DNA of 64,000 bases from contig JAZKFU010000002.1 in assembly GCA_040386275.1 (NCBI GenBank), positions 16,858-80,857 of the forward strand, given 5' to 3'. The notes beneath the pieces were generated by a model. The model saw only the letters and a program-made list of their open reading frames with translations, was not told the origin of the DNA and did not search any database. Below are positions 49,049-58,177 of this stretch, piece after piece. The first letter of the stretch is position 1. Each line of letters opens with the position of its first letter. Position numbers and translations under genes: made by a program. This DNA is from Patescibacteria group bacterium. Its GTDB lineage: Bacteria; Patescibacteriota; Minisyncoccia; Phycocordibacterales; UBA918.

Positions 49049-49597
49049 CTATTTCACACTTTTCCAGTACATCTGTTCTTTGAGGAGTATCATCACTTCT
49101 TTGAGTATATCCATGATGGTGGTAGAGATTTGGTTGATGCGATCTGTTTTATTGAACGGAATAACCTCGCCGACAATTTCTTTGTCTTTCAGTTGTTTTT
49201 TAATCTCGGGCATTAGGTTGCTATCAAGATCAAGACGTTGGGTGACTTGGTACTTACCGTTATGGTCGCGGGTGGCAATATAGACACTCTCGGTGTTATT
49301 ACCTTTGGGCCCACTGTTACACAGGTACCCCCAGTTTTCGTGTTTTGGGTGATAGACCATAACCTTGCCTTCAACGTAGCCTTGATAGGCAGTATTCACC
49401 GTTAATGCTTCGGCAGTGTATTCTGGGGTTTCAATCGTACTGTCAGTTTTGGCAACAAAAATGACAGTCTCTTCATTACCGATGACGCTATTAATGTACA
49501 TGTCAGTTGGGAGGCAACTCAGGGCGTGGGCTGGGCCTGAAGAAACACTAAAGACCATTAGCACAAATAAAGGAATTATAAATAAGGCTTTTTTCAT
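49049..49597 (-). CDS. Hypothetical secreted protein, 182 aa
   Basis: Start at internal Met giving signal peptide MKKALFIIPLFVLMVFSVSSGPAHA. The upstream extension in the ORF track is likely non-coding. Confidence 0.5.
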   Translation of the reverse strand: MKKALFIIPLFVLMVFSVSSGPAHALSCLPTDMYINSVIGNEETVIFVAKTDSTIETPEYTAEALTVNTAYQGYVEGKVMVYHPKHENWGYLCNSGPKGNNTESVYIATRDHNGKYQVTQRLDLDSNLMPEIKKQLKDKEIVGEVIPFNKTDRINQISTTIMDILKEVMILLKEQMYWKSVK

Positions 49598-49752
49598 ATT
49601 AAAATCTAAACTTGATAAATTTGGATACAATATAGACGACCGAAATCTAGAGGTCTTACGCTTTATATTCAAATAAAGATAAGTATGCAACAGGACTGCA
49701 ACTTCAGAGGCTAGCGATTGGTTCTATAAGGATAATAAGGTAAACATATTCT

Positions 49753-49932
49753 ATGAAAATTATAAAAATACTCACGGCGATTGTATTGATGGCGTTGGGG
49801 GTCAAGATGGTGATGTTTGGAGAAATGGATGATAGTCCGGGTGCTCAAATGATCGGTTTGTTAATGGTCGTAGCGGGGATATACGTGATTATAAAAACCG
49901 TGCGAAAAAAATTACCGGCACCTCAAAAATAA
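49753..49932 (+). CDS. Possible small membrane protein, 59 aa (below the ORF-track cutoff)
   Basis: ATG at 49753 encodes MKIIKILTAIVLMALGVKMVMFGEMDDSPGAQMIGLLMVVAGIYVIIKTVRKKLPAPQK, with two predicted TM helices. Confidence 0.3.
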   Translation: MKIIKILTAIVLMALGVKMVMFGEMDDSPGAQMIGLLMVVAGIYVIIKTVRKKLPAPQK

Positions 49933-49972
49933 TACAATATCCTAGACTGGTAAAATTATATATAATGAAAGA

Positions 49973-51082
49973 ATGGATGGATCAAAAATTTTACGCATCG
50001 GTGTTTTAGGTGTGCTCATGGTGGTGGGTGTGTACGTGCTGTACATTACTCAGACCACTGGTCAGTCAAATTCTTTTAGCGTGAGTGGTGAGGCTGGCTT
50101 TGAGTCAGAGCCGACCACTCAGGATATAACCGCACTACGTATTGGCAAAGGGCAAAATTACACACTTGATGAGTTGCACACGTATACACGCGAGCCTGGA
50201 CCATGGCGGGTTGGGTTACAAACCGGTCATTTAGATAATGCGGTGATGCCTGAGGAGCTACAAAATCTCGAAGGGAATACAGGAGCTTCATATAGAGATT
50301 TGGAGGAACAAGAAGTGATGGTAGAAATTGTGAACCGCACGGCTCAGAAATTAGAAGCTAGAGGTGTAATTGTTGATCTGTTGCCGGCCACGGTTCCGAA
50401 AGGTTATAAGGCGGATGCCTTTGTTTCCGTGCATGCTGATGGTAATAAAAACACAAATATCAATGGTTTTAAAATCGCTGGTCCACGAATTGATTTTTCG
50501 GGTCGAGCACACGTGCTTAGCAATGCTCTGTACGCTTCATACGAACAAGCTACGGGGTTATCCAAAGATACTTCTATCACCGGTGGTATGACGGCGTACT
50601 ATGCGTTTAACTGGCCTCGGTATGAACATACCGTACATCCACATACTCCGTCGGTAATTGTCGAGACCGGTTTCTTAACGAGTCCTATTGACCGAGCGGT
50701 GATTGTAGATAATCCAGAACAAGCAGCGATTGGTATTAGTGATGGCATTTGGGCTTTTTTACAAGATACAAATTCATACCCTATACCGCAGATTGTAGTA
50801 CCAACCCTTCCGGTAACGGGAGAAGTAGTGTGTGCGCCCTTACGGGCCGAACGACGTGCCAGTTCTCGTATCTACGATTGTCTCCCCAGTATCGCGAGTA
50901 AGGAGGGATTGTATGTGGCCTTATATGGAGTGGGCAGTACTTCACCCCTAGTAGGGCAAACGATAACGGCTCAGGGCAACTATATGCCGGCGCAAATGTT
51001 AGAGAGCTATCTTTGGTTCCCGTACGAGGTGGTAGGGACAGTAATGGATCCTGCATACATTGAATCGGTACCAATTCAGTAA
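49973..51082 (+). CDS. N-acetylmuramoyl-L-alanine amidase (Amidase_3-like), membrane-anchored
   Basis: N-terminal TM, then 'AFVSVHADGN' zinc-binding motif context typical of MurNAc-LAA. Confidence 0.6.
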   Translation: MDGSKILRIGVLGVLMVVGVYVLYITQTTGQSNSFSVSGEAGFESEPTTQDITALRIGKGQNYTLDELHTYTREPGPWRVGLQTGHLDNAVMPEELQNLEGNTGASYRDLEEQEVMVEIVNRTAQKLEARGVIVDLLPATVPKGYKADAFVSVHADGNKNTNINGFKIAGPRIDFSGRAHVLSNALYASYEQATGLSKDTSITGGMTAYYAFNWPRYEHTVHPHTPSVIVETGFLTSPIDRAVIVDNPEQAAIGISDGIWAFLQDTNSYPIPQIVVPTLPVTGEVVCAPLRAERRASSRIYDCLPSIASKEGLYVALYGVGSTSPLVGQTITAQGNYMPAQMLESYLWFPYEVVGTVMDPAYIESVPIQ

Positions 51083-51125
51083 TTTAATAATAGGTACTTG
51101 CTTCGTTCCGTATTAAAATAGAAGT

Positions 51126-51740
51126 ATGAAAACATTTTTTATTAAGTTCGTCGTACTGCTCGTGGTAGTTGGAGGGATTGCCTGGTTTGGGTGGTACACA
51201 TTTATGTCGAAGCCCTCATTACGGTTTGGTACCGACCGGGCAGCAGTGATTACACAAATGCAATCATTGTCACGACTAGAGACTGCCTCGTTTACTATTG
51301 ATAAAATTATCGAAGCGGGTACTGACTATAATTCTCTTAATCAAATTTTATTTGGCGATAAGTTACTACTGATTGCCCACGGAGAAGTAATTGCGGGGTA
51401 TGATTTATCAAAACTCACTCCCGAAGATTTTAGTGGTGCAGGAAAGTCTATTGCAGTAACGTTGCCACCACCAGAAATATTTACCGTCCGATTAGATAAT
51501 GAAAAAACTCGAGTCTTTGATCGCGATCAAGGATTTCTCACTAAAGGTAATCTCAACCTTGAAGCGGAAGCTCGGCAACAGGCAGAACAGAGTATCAGGC
51601 AAGCGGCGTGTGAGGGTGATATTTTAGGAACTGCGGAGAAAAATGTAAAGAGTCAACTGGAGATTATTTTTAAAGCTGCAGGATTTACCGAGGTTACCAT
51701 CATGCCGGCCAATGATGATGTTACACTGGCATGTTCATAA
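51126..51740 (+). CDS. DUF4230 family protein
   Basis: N-terminal TM, 'SFTIDKIIEAG...LLLIAHGEVIAGYDL' pattern typical of DUF4230. Confidence 0.55.
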   Translation: MKTFFIKFVVLLVVVGGIAWFGWYTFMSKPSLRFGTDRAAVITQMQSLSRLETASFTIDKIIEAGTDYNSLNQILFGDKLLLIAHGEVIAGYDLSKLTPEDFSGAGKSIAVTLPPPEIFTVRLDNEKTRVFDRDQGFLTKGNLNLEAEARQQAEQSIRQAACEGDILGTAEKNVKSQLEIIFKAAGFTEVTIMPANDDVTLACS

Positions 51741-51900
51741 AGATAGTTTAGAAATTTAGTTATTATTTAGTACAACTGTGAATAAAAAATATATAATTGT
51801 TTTAGTTTTGTTTTCGCTACTAACTTCACGATTCATTTTCTCGTTGATTGATGATCCAGAAGGACCCAACCTACTTATAGTGGTGGTGCTTGCAACGATA

Positions 51901-52398
51901 CTATTTTTCTTCTTTGTGATGGTGTACAGAGGTATTGGGTGGCTGAGAAAGAAACAAAAATAACCAACCCCAAAAAGCCCCCACTCCGTATCCGGCCAGT
52001 ACTTGGGTCGCCGTATGAACTCCATACATAATACGACTATAGCCAATGATGATAATGAATGAAACTATGCAAATAATGATGCTCGTTCTCATTAAGGGTG
52101 GAAGGGTTCGAGATAGTGCATAGAGCGCTAGTCCCAGATATATGACCCCCGAGGCGTGGCCACTAGGGAAGGCATACCCTGTAACGTCAATTAGTCCATA
52201 AAGTGGTCGCGGAGTTTGAAAAAGTTCCTTTAACAATGTGGTTGAAACAATTACACCAATGGTGGTAGCAAAAAATAGAAAGGCAGTCCTCATTGTATTG
52301 TTTGTAACCAGTCCCATAAAAACTAGTGCGCAGGCCAGCACAAAACCCTTTGTACTGGCTACTTTTGTGAGGAGGAATATAAGAAAAGGGGACATCAT
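51901..52398 (-). CDS. PAP2 family phosphatase (undecaprenyl-diphosphatase-like)
   Basis: PAP2 motifs 'KELFQTPRP', 'PSGHAS', 'SRIMYGVH', with multi-TM topology. Confidence 0.75.
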   Translation of the reverse strand: MMSPFLIFLLTKVASTKGFVLACALVFMGLVTNNTMRTAFLFFATTIGVIVSTTLLKELFQTPRPLYGLIDVTGYAFPSGHASGVIYLGLALYALSRTLPPLMRTSIIICIVSFIIIIGYSRIMYGVHTATQVLAGYGVGAFWGWLFLFLSQPPNTSVHHHKEEK

Positions 52399-52429
52399 GT
52401 AGTAATGGTAGCATTTTCCGTTTCATTGT

Positions 52430-53659
52430 ATGTGCCCGGGCATTGGTTGTGATATCGGTCGGTATGGTATTATCAAACTAATGATTGAAGGGGTTAAAAA
52501 AAGTAAAATAATGTTTGCGGTTGGTATCCCGCTTCTCTTTATGGGTGCGTTTGGTGTGCACTCTATGAATGTAAGTAAAGTAACGTACGATAAAAATGCA
52601 GTGACTAGTGGTACAACTACTCAGGCACAAGCAAACGGAGGATTAGCACCTACGGAAACAGTTGCTCCCACGTGGCCTCTGGCACTTGATACTGCCGAGT
52701 ACGACAAACGACTTTTAGCATTGGTGCACTACACGCCGCCAAAACCGGTGACGGTAGGTACAACGAGTACATCAACACTGGCCGTAAAGCCGATTCTGCC
52801 CACCTACAGCAGTACCAGTAATGTCACTATTGAAGGAAAGCGCTGGCCTGCGGAAGCAGTCTACCCCAACGGTGGAGCAATTTTACCATTCAAACGAATT
52901 CTGTCGTACTACGGAAACTTTTATTCTCGTCACATGGGAATTTTAGGCGAGTTTGAGCCCGATGAAGTGTTACGTCGTCTTAACGCCACAAAAGCTTTAT
53001 GGGAAGCGGCTGATCCCGATACTCCAATTCAGTTAGCTATAGAGTACATTGCGATGGTAGCGCAAGCTGACGCCGGTAGGGATGGTATGTATCGAGCAAT
53101 GATGCCAGCAACCGAAATTGAAAAAGCCTATGCGCTGGCTAAAAAAGCGGAAGCTATTTTAATTCTTGATATGCAGATTGGACTCAGTCCGATTGAGACT
53201 GAGTTGCCAAAATTTAAAATGTATTTAGAACGTCCTGAAGTTCATTTGGCACTTGACCCTGAATTTTCTATGAAAACAGGGGATCGTCCTGGAACGGTGA
53301 TTGGAACCCATAGTGCGGCTGATATAAATTATGTCATTAATTACATGTCGACGATAGTACGAGAAAATAAATTACCACCCAAAGTATTGTTAGTGCATCG
53401 CTTTACCCAAAACATGGTCACGGGTAGTGCTATGATTACGCCCACCCCTGAAGTGCAAGTGATTATGGTGATGGACGGCTGGGGGCCTAAAGATTTAAAG
53501 CGGGGAACGTATGGTCAGGTGATTGTTCCTGAACCTGTTCAATTCACCGGCCTCAAAATATTTTATAAAAATGACCTCAAGGCTCCAAGTACCGGCATTT
53601 TTACTCCACAAGAAGTACTACAACTCAATCCCAAACCGATTTTTATTCAGTATCAGTAA
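52430..53659 (+). CDS. Hypothetical secreted protein, possibly glycoside-hydrolase-like; true start probably near 52511 (MFAVGIPLLF)
   Basis: Signal/TM segment after an internal Met, Thr/Ser-rich linker, then a roughly 280-aa globular domain ('ILILDMQ', 'LALDPEF'). Confidence 0.45.
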   Translation: MCPGIGCDIGRYGIIKLMIEGVKKSKIMFAVGIPLLFMGAFGVHSMNVSKVTYDKNAVTSGTTTQAQANGGLAPTETVAPTWPLALDTAEYDKRLLALVHYTPPKPVTVGTTSTSTLAVKPILPTYSSTSNVTIEGKRWPAEAVYPNGGAILPFKRILSYYGNFYSRHMGILGEFEPDEVLRRLNATKALWEAADPDTPIQLAIEYIAMVAQADAGRDGMYRAMMPATEIEKAYALAKKAEAILILDMQIGLSPIETELPKFKMYLERPEVHLALDPEFSMKTGDRPGTVIGTHSAADINYVINYMSTIVRENKLPPKVLLVHRFTQNMVTGSAMITPTPEVQVIMVMDGWGPKDLKRGTYGQVIVPEPVQFTGLKIFYKNDLKAPSTGIFTPQEVLQLNPKPIFIQYQ

Positions 53660-53693
53660 CTAATCAGATGTAAGTGTTGTTGTATTCCATACT

Positions 53694-53978
53694 ATGGAAA
53701 CAAAAGAGTATAGGCGGATTTTTCTAGTGGTGTGCGTTATGTTACTAGTGCCGTTACTCGGTAGTATATTTTCTGACTCATTTAATTGGGGAGTGGGTGA
53801 TTATCTTGTTATGGGGGCTCTTTTATTTGCAGTTGGAGTACTGATAATGTTTGCGCGTAAAAAAATATCGTCACCTAGTAAGCGTCTGGTGGTTATCGGT
53901 GGTGTAATCCTGTTGGCGCTACTCATTTGGGTAGAACTAGCCGTTGATGCCGTGTCAAAAGCAATAGGCTTTAATTAA
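53694..53978 (+). CDS. Small membrane protein, 94 aa
   Basis: Three predicted TM helices. Confidence 0.4.
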   Translation: METKEYRRIFLVVCVMLLVPLLGSIFSDSFNWGVGDYLVMGALLFAVGVLIMFARKKISSPSKRLVVIGGVILLALLIWVELAVDAVSKAIGFN

Positions 53979-54045
53979 TACTGTTCCATTAGGTAGAAAA
54001 GCAGCTTGCTCTAGCCACCTTAAGTATTAGGAGTAAAATAGAGAT

Positions 54046-55203
54046 ATGGAACCACTCGCTTCACAAATTCGTCCTACAACTCTCTCTGAATTTATTGGTC
54101 AGTCACACTTGGTGGGGCCGGATAAGCCACTTAAAATTGCCATCGAAAAGAAACATTTGTTTTCGTTTATTTTGTGGGGTCCGCCGGGAGTGGGTAAAAC
54201 TACTTTAGCGCGTATGTACGCCGAATCACTTGATGCCGAATTTTATGAGTTATCCGCAGTGTCTTCGGGTAAAGAGGATATTCGGGCGATCTTGGGTAAA
54301 GACCACGAAGTCACCTTAGGAATGCGACCGAAGATTTTATTTTTAGATGAGATCCATCGTTTTAATAAAAGCCAACAAGATTTTTTATTACCGTACGTCG
54401 AGTCTGGTGCCCTGACCTTAATTGGTGCCACAACTGAAAATCCAAGTTTTGAAGTTATCGCTGCGTTGTTGTCGCGGTGTCGGGTGTTTGTGCTTAATGA
54501 ACTTACGGTAACAGAGATGGGCGAAATAATTAAACGGGTCGAGAAAAAGCTCCGGATAAAAATTTCCAAAGCAGCCAAAGATTGGATAGTAGAAATAGGC
54601 AATGGTGACGCCAGGCAAGTTATTACCATGCTCGAGGCGACAGTAACATTGTACGGCGAAATTACTATTGATACGATGAAGGAAACGCTCCAATCAAAGT
54701 TTTTACGGTACGATAAAAAAGGCGAGGAACACTACAATACAATTAGTGCTTTTATAAAAAGTATGCGCGCCAGTCAGCCCGATGCCGCTTTATACTATAT
54801 GGCGCGGATGCTTGATGCGGGTGAAGATCCAAAATTTATCGCTCGGCGTATGGTAATTTTTGCGAGTGAAGATGTTGGTATTGCGCAACCTACGGCGCTT
54901 GTGGTTGCTAACGCCGTGTTTGAGGCGGTGACTATAATCGGTATGCCAGAATGCGGGATTAACCTGGCACATGGGGCAGTGTATTTGGCGCAAGCAAAGA
55001 AAAACCGTACTGCGTACGAAGCGTACAAAGAAGCCTTGCATGATGCGAGTGCTTTGGGGAATCTGCCAATTCCACTGATGTTACGAAATGCACCCACGGC
55101 GTTAATGAAAGATATAGGGTACGGAGAGGGGTATCAAAAGTATTCAACTAAAGATTTTATGCCCGAAAAACTTAAGGATAAAAAATATTTATCAGAGGAG
55201 TAA
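54046..55203 (+). CDS. rarA: Replication-associated recombination protein A (AAA+ ATPase RarA/MgsA)
   Basis: 'LWGPPGVGKTTLA' Walker A, 'LFLDEIHRFNKSQQD' Walker B/sensor, MgsA C-terminal domain. Confidence 0.9.
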   Translation: MEPLASQIRPTTLSEFIGQSHLVGPDKPLKIAIEKKHLFSFILWGPPGVGKTTLARMYAESLDAEFYELSAVSSGKEDIRAILGKDHEVTLGMRPKILFLDEIHRFNKSQQDFLLPYVESGALTLIGATTENPSFEVIAALLSRCRVFVLNELTVTEMGEIIKRVEKKLRIKISKAAKDWIVEIGNGDARQVITMLEATVTLYGEITIDTMKETLQSKFLRYDKKGEEHYNTISAFIKSMRASQPDAALYYMARMLDAGEDPKFIARRMVIFASEDVGIAQPTALVVANAVFEAVTIIGMPECGINLAHGAVYLAQAKKNRTAYEAYKEALHDASALGNLPIPLMLRNAPTALMKDIGYGEGYQKYSTKDFMPEKLKDKKYLSEE

Positions 55204-55205
55204 TT

Positions 55206-55727
55206 ATGAAAAAAGTACTACCGGTAGATTTTTTTGCTCGTCCAGCCCCGGTAGTGGCAGAAGAGTTATTGGGAAAATATATAGTTACACATATTGATAC
55301 AAAACCGACGGGATTTATGATTGTAGAGACTGAAGCCTATGAAGGGGTAGATGACCTCGCTTCACATGCTTCGCGGGGACTTACTCCCCGCACGACTGTG
55401 ATGTTTGGCCCACCTGGCCACTTCTATGTCTATCTGATATATGGAATTCACCAGATGGTTAATGTGGTAACTCATAAAAAAGGAATACCCTCAGCCGTGT
55501 TGATTCGTGGAGTAGAAGGCGCGAGCGGTCCTGGCCGAGTAACTAAATTTCTCAATATTACAAAAGCCCACAACACGCTCAAGGCTGCAAAGAAAACGGG
55601 AGTATGGTTTGAAGATCGAGGGGTGGGGGCGAATGCTAGCGAGATTAAGCGTACTCCACGCATTGGGGTTGAGTATGCCGGTCCGCACTGGTCACAAAAG
55701 CCTTGGCGTTTTGTCCTTACGCCATAA
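55206..55727 (+). CDS. mpg: DNA-3-methyladenine glycosylase (Mpg/AAG family)
   Basis: 173 aa with AAG-fold hallmarks ('FFARPAPVVAEELLGK', 'ETEAYEG', 'GPPGHFYVYLIYG'). Confidence 0.8.
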   Translation: MKKVLPVDFFARPAPVVAEELLGKYIVTHIDTKPTGFMIVETEAYEGVDDLASHASRGLTPRTTVMFGPPGHFYVYLIYGIHQMVNVVTHKKGIPSAVLIRGVEGASGPGRVTKFLNITKAHNTLKAAKKTGVWFEDRGVGANASEIKRTPRIGVEYAGPHWSQKPWRFVLTP

Positions 55728-55833
55728 TTTTATTGACGGTCCCAAAAATGGTATACTGAAAAGTAACATATCCTGTTGAAATTAAAGCTTTTTGTTACGG
55801 TTGATTATTCCGCTGCTACTATCTAAAAAATAT

Positions 55834-56064
55834 ATGCCACAAGGAGATAAGTCAAAATATACCGCGAAGCAAAAAAGACAAGCCGAACATATAGAAGAGG
55901 GGTATAAAGAAAAAGGTGTCCCTGAAGATGAAGCAGAAGCGCGAGCATGGGCCACGGTTAATAAAATTACCGGCGGTGGTAAAAATCCAGGCGGTTCTGG
56001 TCGAAAACCAAATGCTCCTAAAAAAGCTGTAACTAAAAAATCCGCTAAAAAAAGTGGTGTATAG
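55834..56064 (+). CDS. ChaB-like small protein
   Basis: 'KYTAKQKRQAEHIEEGY...EAEARAWATVNK' matches the ChaB family pattern (RE..AHKVAWAAVK), with a Lys-rich tail. Start at MPQGDK. Confidence 0.4.
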   Translation: MPQGDKSKYTAKQKRQAEHIEEGYKEKGVPEDEAEARAWATVNKITGGGKNPGGSGRKPNAPKKAVTKKSAKKSGV

Positions 56065-56071
56065 TTATGTA

Positions 56072-56638
56072 ATGAAACACGTCAAAAAAATACTTTCTAA
56101 AAAACAATCAGATACTATTCTGGCTGTGTTACAAAAACGCTTTGAAGCAAACATGAATCGACACCCTAAACTTTCGTGGGCGACGGTGGTTAAAAAACTC
56201 TCTACAAATACAGAAGGGTTATGGTCTGTCTATCAGATGGAAGAAACTGGGGGAGAACCCGATGTAGTTGAACTGTCTGCGCAAAAAAACACCGTTACGT
56301 ATTGTGACTGTTCAAAAGAGAGTCCTTTGGGTCGTCGGAGTCTTTGTTACGATGCAGCAGCGCTTATCAAGCGAAAGGAAAATAAACCACAAGGCAGTGC
56401 TGTTGGTATGGCAGAAATGATGGGAATTCAATTGCTGACTGAAGAATCGTACCGAGCCTTACAAACATTGGGTACCTTTGATAGTAAAACCTCGAGCTGG
56501 CTTGATACACCCGCTGATATTCGCGAGAAGGGCGGAGCCATTTTTGCTGATTTTCGTTTTGGAAGGGTATTTATCTACCACAATGGCGTCGAATCCTATT
56601 ATAGTGGGCGCGGATTTAGAGGAATTATTACAATGTAA
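56072..56638 (+). CDS. DUF4256 family protein
   Basis: C-terminal 'GGAIFADFRFGRVFIYHNGVESYYSGRGFRG' typical of DUF4256. ATG 8 nt after the upstream stop. Confidence 0.55.
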   Translation: MKHVKKILSKKQSDTILAVLQKRFEANMNRHPKLSWATVVKKLSTNTEGLWSVYQMEETGGEPDVVELSAQKNTVTYCDCSKESPLGRRSLCYDAAALIKRKENKPQGSAVGMAEMMGIQLLTEESYRALQTLGTFDSKTSSWLDTPADIREKGGAIFADFRFGRVFIYHNGVESYYSGRGFRGIITM

Positions 56639-56718
56639 ATATTTTTATAATATTCATTATAAAAAAAATAGTAATCCACATTACCCATCGGGTGTGGAGT
56701 GCGGTATACTGTAGGTAT

Positions 56719-57981
56719 ATGAACAGGTATACACAAAGTAATAGTGGCTTTACAGCCAAAGCGGCATTATTAACAGCAGTAATTGCAGGATCTTTATTTT
56801 TTATTAGTACTAGCGCCAGTGCGGCAACGGTTTGTACGTTTGAACGTGATTTGCAAATGGGTGTTGTGGGCGAAGATGTGCGATGTTTGCAACAATATCT
56901 TAATGCCAATGGGTTTGTTATTACTATCACGGGCGGAGGATCACCCGGAAAGGAAACGACTGAGTTTAAAACCTTAACTGAAGCAGCGTTAATTAAATGG
57001 CAACAAGCCAATAAATTGTCTCCGGCAAGTGGATATTTTGGACCTCGATCACAGGCTGTATACGCTACACTGGTAAACGATACTACGGTAACTACGCCAG
57101 TAGCGACTACTACCACTCCTACGACTGGCGGCATTCTTTCACCAGCTGATCTTTTGAAAAAAGTGGAAGAATTAAAAACACAGTTGTCGGGCAGTATTGT
57201 CAGTACTCCAGCTCCAACCACTCCTACCACACCAGCATCTACGGTGAGTTCTGGTGGTGCCAAGCTTCTTAAAGAAATTACAAAGTCACTTCGTGAAGCC
57301 GAAGAAGAAGTGAGTGATAATGATGATGCGGAAGATTACGAAGATGCAATTGATAGTCTCACCGACGCACGTGATAATTTCTACACAGCGGTTCTCGCGT
57401 TTCTTTCTGGTGATGAGGACGAAGCTGAGGATGCTTTAAACGAAGTGGAAGATAGTGTTGAAGACGCTCTTGATGCAGTTGGTGCTTCAAGTGAAGCTAA
57501 TGAAGCCGAAGATTTAATTGATGAAGTTGATGATGCTATTGATGAAGCGGAAGATGAAATAGAAGAAGCAGACGCTGATGGTAAAGCCACCAGTGAAGCC
57601 GAAGACATATTAGATGAAGCGAGTGACGTATTAGATGAAGCTAAAACTGCGTTGGAGGATGAAGACTATGACGATGCGCTTGATCTAGCAGAAGAAGCCG
57701 AAGATTTAGTGAATGATGCCATTGACGCTATTGGATCAAATGGTGGTGATGTTGAAGATGAATTAGATGACGCTCGAAATGAATTAGACGATGTACGAGA
57801 AGACGTGGATGCGGCCGAAGATGATGGCGAAGATATGGAAGATGCACAAGAGTATTTAGATGAGGCGGAAGATTTATTGGATGATGCGGAAGAGGCTCTC
57901 GATAATGATGATGAGGATGAAGCGGAAGAGTTGATTGAGGAGGCTTTGGACCTAATCGCCGACGCTTCAGACGAACTTTAG
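56719..57981 (+). CDS. Secreted peptidoglycan-binding-domain protein with Thr/Pro linker and about 250-aa acidic (D/E/A) repeat tail
   Basis: Signal peptide ...STSASA-ATV. PG_binding_1-like 'LQMGVVGEDVRCLQQYLNANGF'. Long run of '(D/E)-A-E-D' helical repeats. Confidence 0.6.
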   Translation: MNRYTQSNSGFTAKAALLTAVIAGSLFFISTSASAATVCTFERDLQMGVVGEDVRCLQQYLNANGFVITITGGGSPGKETTEFKTLTEAALIKWQQANKLSPASGYFGPRSQAVYATLVNDTTVTTPVATTTTPTTGGILSPADLLKKVEELKTQLSGSIVSTPAPTTPTTPASTVSSGGAKLLKEITKSLREAEEEVSDNDDAEDYEDAIDSLTDARDNFYTAVLAFLSGDEDEAEDALNEVEDSVEDALDAVGASSEANEAEDLIDEVDDAIDEAEDEIEEADADGKATSEAEDILDEASDVLDEAKTALEDEDYDDALDLAEEAEDLVNDAIDAIGSNGGDVEDELDDARNELDDVREDVDAAEDDGEDMEDAQEYLDEAEDLLDDAEEALDNDDEDEAEELIEEALDLIADASDEL

Positions 57982-58099
57982 GACTTCCATAAACGGCACG
58001 CTACTGCGTTGCACAGCGGCAAAATTTTCTTCACCGTACCAATGTACGGCTCAGAAAATTTTCCTTGCGCGCCTTGTATCGCACTCGTTTCTGAAACCC

Positions 58100-58140
58100 C
58101 CAAACAAAAACCCCTGGTGGGGTTTTTGTTTTTGTTTATG
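58100..58140. terminator. Bidirectional intrinsic terminator
   Basis: CAAAAACCCCTGGTGGGGTTTTTGTTTTTG hairpin between convergent genes. Confidence 0.55.
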
Positions 58141-58177
58141 TAGAGCTAAATGATGACTTTAAATTGAGGGTAGAAAT

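Noticed and set aside
51778-51963. 61-aa plus-strand ORF overlapping the 3' end of the PAP2 phosphatase gene
   Set aside because: It is possibly a real small membrane protein, but it overlaps the PAP2 coding sequence by about 60 nt convergently. It is left uncalled pending conservation evidence.
57381-57608. 75-aa minus-strand ORF inside the acidic-repeat gene
   Set aside because: It is a frame artefact of the GAA/GAT-rich repeat, giving a Ser/Ala-rich antisense translation.
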